Origin: Okamejei kenojei
Taxonomy: Eukaryota
Length of the DNA stretch: 64,000 bases
NCBI GenBank assembly: GCA_035221665.1
Contig: CM069152.1
Location: 15,128,001 to 15,192,000, forward strand
Direction: 5' to 3'
Numbering within the stretch: the first letter of the stretch is position 1; every line of letters starts with the position of its first letter. The position numbers were made by a program, and so were the translations under genes. Below are positions 22,858 through 35,145 of this stretch, in pieces. A model generated the notes under the pieces. The model saw only the letters and a program-made list of their open reading frames with translations. It was not told where the DNA came from and did no database searches.

Positions 22858-23092
22858 TAGGAAGGAACTGCAGATGCCAGAAGATAGACACAAATAGCTG
22901 GAGTAACTCAGCAGATCAGACAGCATCTGCGGAGAAAAGGAATGGGTGACGTTTCGGGTCATGACCTTCCTTCAGACTGACTCTCTGCCCCTGACTCTCA
23001 GTCTGAAGAAGGATCTCGACCGGAAACATCACCTGTTCCTCCTTGTCTCCAGAGTTGCTGTCTGTCCCGCTGAGTTACTCCAGCATTTTGTA
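22858..23092. mobile_element. Fold-back pair of Penelope-like terminal repeats
   Basis: Minus copy 22858-22982 and plus copy 22990-23092. Confidence 0.8.
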
Positions 23093-23555
23093 CCTCACAA
23101 GAGTTCCCTTGGCTCCTTTTCCCACTGCCTCGTCAGCAAAGTTGGGTTTTGAATTAACGCCAGCTTTCCTTTCCTCTGGACCTCCCATGACCTCCATCTC
23201 CCTGCTCCAGGGTCAGGCCGGCTCTCTCTAGACAACTCACACAGCGTTGGAAAGGGTTTGACATGACAGCTCGGAAGAAACATTGTTCCATTTCTAATTT
23301 GCCTTGTCTGAGCGTGTTTGTCATTGATGTTGATAACTGGAATGGAATTTACTCAATCCCCCGCATTAATTTGCATAGTTTCGGAATATTAAGTAAATAA
23401 AACTATCAGATTCTTTCTTTAAGTAAGAGCGCAGCAACATTTTTATCCAGGCACAGTTGCTCAAGGTTGAACATACCTGTGAACAGCATCTCCATGTCCT
23501 CAGGATGATTACAGGTACACTCACTTCCGCCGGATGTAACCAGTTCTACCTAAAA

Positions 23556-23845
23556 GGGCGGCAGGGTGGCACAGCGGTAGAGTTGCTGCCTTCCAGCGCC
23601 AGAGACCCCAGTTCGATCCTGACCACGGGTGCTGTCTGTACAGAGCTTGAACATTCTACCCGTGACCTGCGTGGGTTTTCTCCGGGTGCTCCGGTTTCCT
23701 CCCACACGACACAGACGCACAGGTTTTTGTCGGTTAATTGCCTTCGATATCACATCTTGTGTGTAGGATGGTGCTAGCGTGCGGGGAGCGCTGGTCGGCG
23801 CGGACTCCGTGGGCCGAAGGGCCTGTTTCCGCGCTGTATCCTTGA
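23556..23845 (+). mobile_element. HE1-like SINE
   Basis: Full head, core and tail. Confidence 0.88.
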
Positions 23846-24243
23846 ACTATTACTAAAAGATTTGGATTAAAGTTGTCTTCAGCCCTTGCGATGCTCCATG
23901 CGTCTGTCTGTCTCACACACCGGTTGAAGTGATAAAATGATAATCATGCGCTTTAAAAATGCGAGACTGTGCATCCAACAGTTTCTTAATTATAGAGAGA
24001 AATAGGGGGTTCTTCCACTTACTACGGACAAGAAGAGTTAAAAATTAACACCACCCCTTCTTTTCTCCTCGCTTCACCTCCCGGCAGCATGCAACTGCTA
24101 ATTTATTTTCAATCTGCCACAGTTCTGATTGAATGTTGCAAAATAATACGCCCACTTTGACACAGAAAACTACACACAGAAAACTGTTTATTTCCAGCAA
24201 AGTGGCATGGCAATGGTGGAGGAACTGATGTTCAGCATGAGTA

Positions 24244-24525
24244 GTTTAGTTTAGTTTAGTTTAGAGATACTGCTCGGAAACAGGCCCTTCGGCCCACTGA
24301 GTCCGCACTGCCCAGCGATCCCCCGCACACTAACGCTACCCTAAACACACTAGGGACAATTTTACATTTATACATGTACGTCTTAGGAGTGTGGGATCAT
24401 GGAGAAACCCACGCGGTCACGGGGAGAACGTACAAACTCCGTACAGACAGCGCCCGTAGTCGGGATCGAACCCAGGTCCCGGGCGCTGTAAGGCAGCAGG
24501 TCTACGCTGCGCCACCGTGCCACCC
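24244..24525 (-). mobile_element. HE1-like SINE between ~120-bp direct repeats
   Basis: SINE homology; the flanks 24123-24243 and 24533-24656 are homologous to each other. Confidence 0.85.
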
Positions 24526-26751
24526 GTTCGGATTCTGATTGAATGTTGCTAAATACAATGCCCCCTTTGACATGGAAAACGTTACACACAGAAAACTTGT
24601 TGCTGCCAACATAATGGCATGGCAATGGTGGGGGAACTGGGGGTTTAGCATGAGTACTTGCTTAAGCGAAGAGATGTCCCCGTCTGAGGTAGCCGCTGCC
24701 ACCCAAGCAATCTTCCCATTGAGGAGAGATTCAACATGGCAGCAGCGATGGAGCTGCTGCCTTACAGCGCCAGAGATCAGGGATTTGTTTTACTGGTGTG
24801 TAGGATAGTGTTAGTGCATCACTTGTCAGCATGGACTTGGTGGGCCGAAGGGCCTGTTTCCCTGCTGTACCTCTAAAGTCTAAAAGCTGCACTGATCTAT
24901 TGTATATCCTAGTACTGGCCTTTCCACTGTATGTAGATGGGCAACCTCCATACTGCCCTTTACCCTATCTCAAGAGAATGTTCAGAGGCATTCGCTTCTT
25001 TATTCAATGCCTACAACACAAGCTCTCCTGGTCAAATCCCACTTGTCTTCCAATGCAAGGTACTGTCTGTGACTGAGTGCCCCACACTCGTACTCCATCA
25101 AGCCCAGCGGCACATGCGGAGGACTTACTGATGCTGGGTTCAGCTTGTGAAAGGACTCCATGGGGAAGGGCCACAGTTTGGAACATACAACATTGGTGAA
25201 ATCTGTGCTAACATCCCACAAGCTGTTTGTTTTAAAAATATTCAGAATATCTGCCCAAAAGCGCAAGGAATTGAGAAAGTTGTGGATGTGGCCCAGTCCA
25301 TCGCACAGACCAGACTCCACCCAAGCATTCTTCCCATTCAGGAGGAATACAACAGTGTGGTACAGTGACGCACCAAAAGAGTTGCTTCCTTACAACGCCG
25401 GAGACCCGGATTCGATCCTGACTATGGGTGCGGAGTCTGTACGGAGGTTTCTCCCCGTGACCTATCCCATTGCAGGTAATGGGCTTTGTCTCTGGACCTG
25501 TTACAATACGATACTGAGAAACTCTATTCTGCCATCTGGTATTTTTCTCTTCCACCTGTGGAACCTGTGCATGGCATGATTGTATTTATGTCGAGTGTTC
25601 CCTGATTTGATTGGAAAGCATGCAAACAAGAACCCATCACGGAACCTCACATGGTGGCGCAGTGATGGAGCTGCTGCCTGACAGTGCCAGACACCCGGGT
25701 TCGAACCTGGCTAGGGGTGCTGCCCGCGCGGAGTTTGCACGTTCTCCCTGTGACCGTGTGGGTTTTCTCTGGGTGCTCTGGTGTCCTCCCACGCTTGTGT
25801 GAATTTGTAGGTCAATTGGCTTGTGTAAATTGCCCCCTAGTGTGTAGAATGGAAAAGGAAGGTAATGTTGAACTCGTGTATGGGCGAGCGATAGTCAGCG
25901 TGGTCAGGGCGGGCCGGAGGAAATAACAGATCGTTATGAAAGCGTTGACTTGCATTTGACATGTACAAATCTCATATAATTAAAGCATAGTTCATAATTA
26001 TTGTGGATTGGTTATTGCATGTGAACCGATCAGAGTAATGTACTGCCACTAACTCCAGCTTACTGTACAGACACAATCTGGTGTTCAAAGTCAGCTTTAA
26101 TCATCAGTCATAACGGTGCAGTTCAAAACGTTGTTAGTTCATCTCTACCACTGGTGTAACTACGCAATATGGGAAGCGAGTGTTAATATAAAGTGCACAC
26201 CCGTCCCGCTCTAACCATCGCTGTCCCGCGCGCGAGGGACTGAGATGCCGCGTCATGTTCACCCAGTCTCGTTGGATTTATGAGCTGGCTTTGGAGAGCA
26301 CAGACATATCGATAGCATCAAATGGCAAGTTGCTGACACTGTCAGTGTTCATCTCACAGCAAAGGCCAGGTAATGCAAAGCAGGAATTTGAAATGGAAAG
26401 CAATAAATCAGGTAATTTGTGGACTTTTGCCAGAATTAAAAAAAAAATGAGAAAACCTATCGATTGTCATAAAATCCCAACAGGTTTATTAACGTATTTT
26501 CAGGGGACCTGCATGTATCTCGGGTCCTCTATTAAGCAGGAAAGAGAGCAGAGAAGATTTACGAGGATGATCTCGGAGCCCAGGGGCCTGAGCTACGGGG
26601 AGAGGTTGGGCAGACGCGGACTTTATTCGTTGGAGCGCAGGAGGATGAGGGATGATCTTATAGAGGTGTAGAAAATCATGAGGGGAATAGACAGGGTGAA
26701 AGCGCCGTCCAGTAGAAAATGCTCGCACCATCAACATAACTGTGCCAACAG

Positions 26752-27030
26752 TGTTTAGGTTTAGTTTCAAGATTCAACGCGGAAACAGGCACAGAGTCCG
26801 TGCCCACCAGCGATCCCCGCACACTAGCACCATCCTGCACACTTTAGGGACAATTTACAATTTTACAGAAGCCAATTAATCTACAAATCTTCACATCTTT
26901 GGAGTGCGGGAGGAAACCGAAGGTCTCTGAGAAAACCCACATGGTCACGGGGAGAACGTACAAACTCCATACAGACAGCACCTGTAGTCAGGATCAAACC
27001 TGGGTCTCTGGCGCTGTAAGGCAGCAACTA
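26752..27030 (-). mobile_element. HE1-like SINE (runs into the gap)
   Basis: SINE homology. Confidence 0.85.
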
Positions 27031-27605
27031 AACNNNNNNNNNNNNNNNNNNNNNNNNNNNNNNNNNNNNNNNNNNNNNNNNNNNNNNNNNNNNNNNNNNN
27101 NNNNNNNNNNNNNNNNNNNNNNNNNNNNNNNNNNNNNNNNNNNNNNNNNNNNNNNNNNNNNNNNNNNNNNNNNNNNNNNNNNNNNNNNNNNNNNNNNNNN
27201 NNNNNNNNNNNNNNNNNNNNNNNNNNNNNNNNNNNNNNNNNNNNNNNNNNNNNNNNNNNNNNNNNNNNNNNNNNNNNNNNNNNNNNNNNNNNNNNNNNNN
27301 NNNNNNNNNNNNNNNNNNNNNNNNNNNNNNNNNNNNNNNNNNNNNNNNNNNNCATTTATCAAGGACAGAAAGTATTCAGTGCTAAGAAAAACCTTTGAAT
27401 ACATAAGCACAAAATATATAAGAATAAGCCATCCTCTCTTTGATCCTGCTCCAACATTCATTGATACTGTAATGGATATTTTACCTCAAAGTCATTTCCG
27501 TTGCTTTTTATTAAATCATCCAACACAAAACTAAAGTAAAGTTCACTTGTGGATTGGGGTGCCACGGTCAACTATCGTGTACACAAGCTGCTTTATTAAT
27601 TACAG

Positions 27606-28182
27606 GGGGGCGGCAGGGTGGCGCGGCAGTAGAGTTCCTGCCTTACAGCGCCAGACGCACGGTTCGGTCCGTACTAAGGGTGCAGTCTGTACGGAGTTTG
27701 TACGTTCTTCTCCGTGATCATGTGGGTTTACTTCAGCTGTTCCAGTTTCCTTCCGCACTTCAAAGACGTACAGGTTTATAGGTTAGTTGTAAATTCTGTA
27801 AATTGTAAATTGTTCCCAGAGTGTAGGAGAGTACAAGTGTATGAGGTGATCACTGGTGGGCGCAGACACGGTGGGGAGAAGGGCCTGTTGACATGCTGTA
27901 TCTTTAGACTTTACTTTAGACTCTAGACGTTAGGCATACAGCGTGGAAATGGGCCCTTCGGACTATCCTACACACTGGGGACAATCTACAATTCAAAGAA
28001 GCCAATTAAACTATAAACCTGTGCATTTTTGGAGAGTGGGAGGAAACCAGATCACCTGGAGAAAACCCACTCGGTCACAGGGAGAACGTACAAACTGTGT
28101 ACAGGCGGCACCCGTTGTCAGGATCGAACCCAGGTCTCTGGGGCTGTAAGGCAGCAACTCTACCGCTGTGCCACCATACCGC
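27606..28182. mobile_element. Tail-to-tail pair of HE1-like SINEs
   Basis: Plus copy 27606-27905 and minus copy 27903-28182 share a (CTTTAGA)n junction. Confidence 0.8.
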
Positions 28183-28702
28183 CCTACAGTAAACTGATCA
28201 TAAATGTAATTAGCCGATGCTGGGAATCCCTATTGTCCACGTGTGGGATAATGAATGATATTCCCTTTCTCCCTGGATGAGGCAGCAGGGAATTACACCC
28301 GCTTTTCCCAGGAGACATAACGGCACACTTCACATCTACAGGAAGGAATTATGAGGCTGTGTCTTCTAATGGGCGTCTGGTCCGCAGTGGCTGGGAATAG
28401 AATTAATGGCTCTCTGGAGCTTCACGTTTGCCTAAATGGATTTGATACTGTTGATGTACCGTTCACACAGGCAGCAACAAGATTACAAAACTGTGAGGAA
28501 ATACCACGTATTCTCTCATTGTTAAAACACCGTGTTACTTTGCTGAAAGGTGACAACATTGGCAATAGTGGAAACATCTGTTGGAGCCGGGATTCCTTCC
28601 TTCGGCAGATGTTAGCTTCATCTTACGTGCCAGCTGTGGCTCAGCGGTTAGCACTCACGCCTCTGAATCTATCTCGGCTCAGTATCAATCCTATATTCAT
28701 TC

Positions 28703-29008
28703 AGAGGTGGCACTGTGGTACAACTGTAGAGTTGCTGCCTTACAGCGCCAGAGACCTAGGTCCGATCCTGGCTATGGATGCTGTCGGTACCCTACATTCT
28801 CCCTGTGACCACATGGGTTTCCTCCGGTTACTTCCCGCACTCCAAAGACGTACAGGTTTGTGGGTTAATTGGCTTCGGTAAAATTGGAAATTGTCCCTAG
28901 TCGTGTAAGAAAATGCCAGTGTATGGGGTGTTTGCTGGCCACCATGTACTGGGTAGGCCAGAGGACCTGTTTCTACACTGTACCTCTAAAGTCTAAAGTA
29001 AAGTCTAA
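28703..29008 (+). mobile_element. HE1-like SINE
   Basis: SINE homology; tail taaagtctaaag. Confidence 0.8.
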
Positions 29009-29080
29009 AGGTGCTTCAATGCTATTTTGTGAAAATTGCAGAGAAAATTGTATGAGGAATTGCAGAGAACTGCAGATGCA

Positions 29081-29893
29081 TTCCAAATGTCTCCCCCAAT
29101 TGTGACAAATGTCTATCGCAAAATGCCACTATAACACATTCCTTTGTCTCCTGTACAAAACTTCATAAATTTTGGATTGAAATTTTTGGAACTTTTACAA
29201 AACTATTTAACATAAAATTGAACCCCAAAACAGAACTGATTATCTTCGGATCAATGGACGATGGACGTAAGCTAGCTACGTTTCAAGAATCACTCCTTAA
29301 TTATGGTTTAATAACAGCAAAAAAACGTACACTTAAATTTTGGATAAACGTATCCACGCCAACGTTTAAAAAGTGGATTTCAAATATGTCGGAAACGCTA
29401 CATCTTAAAGAAATGAGATTCCTCCTAACAGGCAAAGCAGACCAATTCTTAAAGATTTGGTCTCCTTTTATCGACATCTTACGAGCATTTGGTGCAACAT
29501 AACCTTAGAAATTGAATGGTTCAGAACCGGGTGACGGGTGGGTAAAGATATTAAATAGGTATATCTCTCCTAACCTCTTTTCCTCCTTTCTTTTTCTCTA
29601 GCTTCTTTCTTCTTTCTGTTTCTCTTGCTATTCGTTTCTACTCTCTCGTCCATCTATCTCTTTTTCGGGCTTTTCTTATCATCTCACGAACTAGCACCGT
29701 CACCATTTCCTACGACACTATCGATTTTCTTCTTTCTAGCATTGCTTTTCATACTGGCTGTTTTATTATGTAATTAAAATTAAGAAGTTGCACAAGAAGT
29801 GTAATATGTCTGTATGCGTTAGGTACTTATGTACTAACTACATGACTGTATTTACTTCTAACAAAAATAAATTTAAAAATTAAATAAATGAAA
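29081..29893 (+). mobile_element. 5'-truncated L1-clade LINE (ORF2 CCHC C-terminus, 3' UTR, A-rich tail) with 15-bp TSD
   Basis: Open frame CDKCLSQNATITHSFVSC..LHKFW...ITAKK..LKFW....PTFKKW...FLKIWSPF (C-x2-C-x8-H-x4-C), stop at 29502. Pyrimidine-rich UTR and A-rich tail. TSD agaactgcagatgca (29066-29080) / agaattggagatgca (29894-29908). Confidence 0.88.
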
Positions 29894-30527
29894 AGAATTG
29901 GAGATGCAGCCCAGACCATCACCCAAACCAACCTCCCTTGCATTCGCCCCATTTACACCTCACGCTGCATTGGCAAGGCCAGCAGCATAATCAAGGACGA
30001 TTCGCACCCCGGCCACTCCCTCTTCTACCCTCTCCATCCGGCAATGCACAGGCTGATCTGTCCAGCGCAGCTACATTAATAGCCATGATCTCGATACAGC
30101 TCACCGTGGCTTTAGACAGGACTCTCGTATTAATGCTGTACTCTTTGCATTGATTCGGAGTATTCATTAAAGGCAGATCCAATGATATTAATCCAAGATC
30201 TTTCAATATTTTTGATACAAACCCAGATTTCGCAGCCGCAGATAAAGATTTGTGAGACTACAGTGTTGTACTTGGAGAATTAGATAGGCTCAGAGGAAGG
30301 AACTGCAGGTGCTGGTTTAACCGGAAGATAGACACAAAAAGCTGGAGTAAATCAGCAGGTCCGGCAGCAGCTCTGGAGAAAAGGAATGGGTGACTTTTTT
30401 GGGTCAAGACCCTTCTTCAGACAGAAGATGAGATGCTGTCTTTGGCCTCAATAAAGTTTAAATTGTGATCTTTTCGGTCAAGACCCTTCATTCAGACTGA
30501 GAGTCAGGGGAGAGGGAAACAAGAGAT

Positions 30528-30952
30528 AGAATCATAGAATCATAGAAAGTAGGTGCAGGAGTAGGCCATTCGGCCCTTCGAGCCTGCACCGCCATTCAAT
30601 ATGATCATGGCTGATCATCCAACTCAGTATCCCGTACCTGCCTTCTCTCCATACCCCCTGATCCCTTTAGCCACAAGGGCCACATCTAACTCCCTCTTAA
30701 ATATAGCCAATGAACTGGCCTCAACTACCTTCTGTGGCAGAGAATTCCAGAGACTCACCACTCTCTGTGTGAAAAATGTTTTTCTCATCTCGGTCCTAAA
30801 AGATTTCCCTCTTATCCTTCAACTGTGACCCCTTGTCCTGGACTTCCCCAACATCGGGAACAATCTTCCTGCATCTAGCCTGTCCAACCCCTTAAGAAGG
30901 TTGTACGTTTCTATAAGATACCCCCTCAATCTTCTAAATTCCAGCGAGTACA
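30528..30952 (-). mobile_element. CR1 LINE 3' end
   Basis: LYSLEFRRLRG.LIETY.LLKGLDRLDAGRLFPMLGKSRTRGHS; nearly identical to 13135-13483. Confidence 0.9.
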
Positions 30953-31479
30953 AGATATGTTTATTGAAAACCTTGTGCATTAGTTTCTCAACGGATCTCT
31001 GAGTTTTTGTTAATATATGTTCACCAAGAGAGAAAACAAATCCACCTTGAAGAGTAGCATGCTCCATGATTTCTAGTACTAGTGCATTAATATAATACAT
31101 GGTGGGTGTGGAGTTTGTTTCATTTTGTTTTCTCAATATTGCTAGCAAGTCCTAGGCATTTGTGTGCATTGGGAAAAGATGACCTTAACAAGAATGTTGA
31201 GGGGGTCTGAGTGTCACTGCCTCGGCCAGTATAGATTGCTGACCCATATTATCTTTGCGAAAGTGGTCATAGACTCATAGAGTGATACAGCATGAAACCT
31301 TCGGCCCAACATGCCCACACCGGCCAACATGTCCAGCTACACTAATCCCACCTGCCCGCGTTTGGCCCATATCCCTCCAAACCTGTCATAATCATGTCTA
31401 ACTGTTTCCGAAAGGTTGGGATACTCCCTGTCTCAACCTCCTCCTCTGGCAGCTTGTTCCATACACCCACCACCAACCA

Positions 31480-31655
31480 CTGTTGCCGCTAAATTTTGAA
31501 CATGTTGAAAGATTAGAGGCGAGCAGAATGACGCCACGACTAGTTACGAGAATGCAGGAACTACTCGCCACCATGCAGGCGACAACCCGGCAACCTGTGG
31601 TGACCTCATAGTCTCATGTAGTCGCCTAAATAGTCGCGTAAGTTTGACAGGCCCA
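31480..31655. mobile_element. Half of a Harbinger-type MITE
   Basis: Ends aagtttgacaggccca|tta, like the TIR ends at 4687 and 14492. The central aacatgttgaaa is shared with the 14215 MITE. Confidence 0.55.
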
Positions 31656-32861
31656 TTAGACTTTACTGTAGACTTTAAACATTAGACATACAGCGCGGAA
31701 ACAGGCCTTTCGGACTATCCTACACACCGCGGACAATCTAAAATTTCCAGAAGCCGATTAACCTACAAACCTGTACATTTTTGGAGTGTGGGAGGAAACC
31801 GGAGCATCAAGAGACAACCCACGCAGTCATGGGGAGAATGTATGAGGTCCATGCAGACCTCACCCGTGGTCAGGATCAGACTCGTGTCTTTGGGGCTATC
31901 AGGCGGGAACTCTCACACTGCGCCACCGTGCAGCACTAAAGTACACTAATCATAACGGTAATTAGCCGATACTGGGGTTCCCTATAGTTCGCTATATATC
32001 TGGGATAGCGAATTATATTCCGTTTCTCCCCGGATGAGACTGCAAGGAATTACTCCTATTTATTCTGGGAGATATAACAGCACACTTCACCGCAGATGCT
32101 GGTTTTAAACCGAAGATAGACATAAAAAGCTGCGGATTAACTCAGCGGGTCAGGCAGCATCTCTGGAGAAAAGGAATCGGTGATGCTTCGGGTCGAGACC
32201 CTTTTTCAGACTGAGAGTCAGGGGAAACGAGAGATGTGTTTGTTGAAATCCTTGTGCATTTGTTTCCGCCTGTAGGCCTCAGCTCATTGCAGTTTCTAGA
32301 TGAGCGCACATGAATACTGTGTGGAAGAAGGGTCTCGACCCGAAACGTCACCCATTCCTTCTCTCCAGAGATGTTGCCTGGCCCGCTGGGTTACTCCAGC
32401 ATTTTGTGTCCATCCTCGATTTAAACCAGCATCTGCATTTCTTTCCTACACAATATTGTATGGAACATCCCGTACACTTTGGCACAAACACCCCAAGTAT
32501 ATCAGGAGTACCCTTACCCTTAACAGCAAGTTCTTGGATCTCCTTAATGGCACGACCCCATCTCAGGAATGACCCCATACTTATCGGATATTCTCTGGTA
32601 ACCACCTCGATAATAGCAGATTGGAATTGTCTCTCCACTCCAGCCATTGTTGTTTGTGAGGGGTAATCTAATTAGATGGATGTGGATAGGCATGGCTCAG
32701 TGACCAAGCCGCAGAACCCTTTGACTCCAGTACCCACTGTAAGCCCCACACCAAAATCAAAAATGTAAGATACAGTGGACTATTGCAGATGATTGTGTTT
32801 CCCTATTCTTGTCTGACTGGATACTTCTTACATTACTCTTTAAGATCTGGTTCAAATAATA

Positions 32862-33148
32862 CTTTAGACTTTAGAGATGCCCTTCGGCCCGCCAAAGCCA
32901 CGCCAACCAGCGATCCCCGCACACTAGCACTATCCTACACACTAGGGACAATTCACTATTTTTACCGGAGCCAATTAACCTACAAATTTGTACGTCTTTG
33001 AAGTGTGGGAGGAAACCGGAGCACCCGTAGAAAACCCACGCGGTCACGGGGAGAACGTACAAACTCCGTACAGACAGCCCTTGGCCAGGATCGAACCCGG
33101 GTCTCTGGCGTAGTGAGGCAGCAACTTCACCACTGCGCCACCGTGCCG
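32862..33148 (-). mobile_element. HE1-like SINE
   Basis: SINE homology. Confidence 0.88.
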
Positions 33149-33966
33149 TCACAAATACTCTTCTCTGTAATTCTAAGACTACCTGTCCCCGCGGTCAACT
33201 TACTCTCCCTGTTACATAGTTTTGTGTCTGGTGATATTTCACAATTTATCTTTATTGTGTTTGCGTAGTACACAGAATAGCAGAGTCTAATAATTAACTG
33301 CCCACGTTTATGATTAATGATTACTCACAGAGGACAGTGTGCCTGGGATGTGGAGGGGGGTTCAATGAGTGGGTGGTTGCCATGGGCTACTTTATGTCCC
33401 TGTGAATTAAACCGAGCTGGGAACAGTCTCGCCCATTGCCACGCCACGTTGCCTTGAGGAGTTGTAGAAAATGCTGAAGTGAAGGAATTTATCCAATGGG
33501 GATATTTTCTTTGGTACTTTGTTAATTTCTGTTTGTTTCATTTCACAAGTCAAAGGAGCAGAAGTAGGCTATTCGGCCCATCGAGTCGATTCCACCATTC
33601 GATCTATCTTTCCCACTCAACCCCATTCTCCTGCCTTCTCCCCTAAACCCCTGGCACCATTACTAATCAAGAACCTTTCAATCTTGGCCTTAGAAATACC
33701 CACGGACTTGGCCTCCGCAGCCGAGGATGTTGCCGGGACTCGAGGGGCTGAGCTGCAGCGAGTGGTTGAACAGGCTAGGACTTTATTCCTTGGTGAGCAG
33801 GAGGATGAGGGGTGAAGTTAGAGAAGGGTACAAAATCATGAGAGGAATAGGTCGGGTGAATGCACAGGGTCTTTTGCCCAGAGTTGGGGAATCGAGAACA
33901 TGAGGACATAGGTTTAAGATGAGAGGAGAAAGATTTAAAAGAACCTTTTACATAAAGGGTGTAGAT

Positions 33967-34315
33967 CAGCGATGATGGAATGCCGCATTAAGTTAGCTGT
34001 AATCTAATGCCGCATCCAAGAAACTTCAATTAGATAAACTTCAAAATGTACATTATTTTGTTAAAATAGCCCTCATGATTTACTAATATTTTAATTGTGG
34101 CCGTCAGTCGGGGAGGATAATTCCGTTGAATCTTCCTTTTTGGTATTTTAAATACGTTCATTTTAGGATGAAAATAAAAATAATAAAAGATGAACATAAA
34201 CATATTAATAATAATAAAAAGATTTGTTCTACAAAATTTGGATTCACTCAAAAGGCCGCACTTAATGGCCTAGAAGGCCGCATGTGGCCTTAAGGCCGCA
34301 GGTTCCCCACCCCTG
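33967..34315. mobile_element. Non-autonomous hAT (Charlie/Buster-like) element with perfect 8-bp TSD, inside a CR1 3' end
   Basis: TSD gtgtagat at 33959-33966 and 34316-34323 (central TA). The right end on the minus strand reads caggggtggggaacctgcggcc. Subterminal gccgca repeats lie at both ends. CR1 sequence continues on either side (33725-34510). Confidence 0.85.
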
Positions 34316-34751
34316 GTGTAGATGTATGGAACAAGCTGCCACAGAAGGTAGTCAAGGCATAACGGTTGGACAGTTGGACAGGTACATAGATAGGATAGGT
34401 TTGGAGGGTTAGGGGCCAAGCGCGGGCAGGTGGGAGGAGTGTAGGTGGGGCATGTGTCTGGCGTGGGCAAGCTGGGCTGAGGGGCCCGTTTCCACACTGT
34501 AACACTCTATGCCTCTACGGTCCCTCTTCTCTGTCCCACAAGGGCAAGTAGGGCACACACAATATAGAGTGCGAAACCTCTTGTACACTATTCCATTACA
34601 TGATTTAACGGGCAGTAAAGCGCAGGTTGGTACAGTGGGTACCTCCCTGTGCATTGTCCTGTCAAACACTTCCATAGCAGGGATGGCTCCGGTTAGAGGC
34701 AGAGTGCAACTTCATCTCCGGCAAGAGGGATTTGTTGCAAAAGGTGCAAGG

Positions 34752-35145
34752 ATCTTATAGAAACGTATAAAATTCTTAAGGAAATGGACAGGCTAGGTGC
34801 AGGAAAAATGTTCATGATGTTGGGGGAATCCAGAACCAGGGATCACAGTGTAAGAATAAGGGGTCGGCCATTTAGGACTGAGATGAGGAAAAACTTTTTC
34901 ACCCAGAGAGTTGTGAATCTGTGGAATTCCCTACCACAGAGGGCAGTGGAGGCCAATTCACTGGATGTATTCAAGGGATAGTTAGATAGAGCTCTTTGGG
35001 CTAATGGAATAAAGGGAAATGGGGGAAAAAGCAGACACGGGGTAATGATTTTGGATGATCCGCCATGATCATATTGAATGGTGGTGCTGGCACAAAGGGC
35101 TGAATGGCCTACTCCTGCACCTACTTTCTATGTTTCTATGTTTCT
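34752..35145 (+). mobile_element. CR1 LINE 3' end
   Basis: DLIETYKIL...FRTEMRKNFFTQRVVNLWNSLPQRAVEA; (TTTCTATG)n tail. Confidence 0.9.

Noticed and set aside
28351-28881. 176-aa ORF and many similar 60-150 aa ORFs
   Set aside because: They read through SINE or PLE sequence (VELLPYSARD..., RRKPTQVTGRT..., LQRCCLTR) and have no gene structure.
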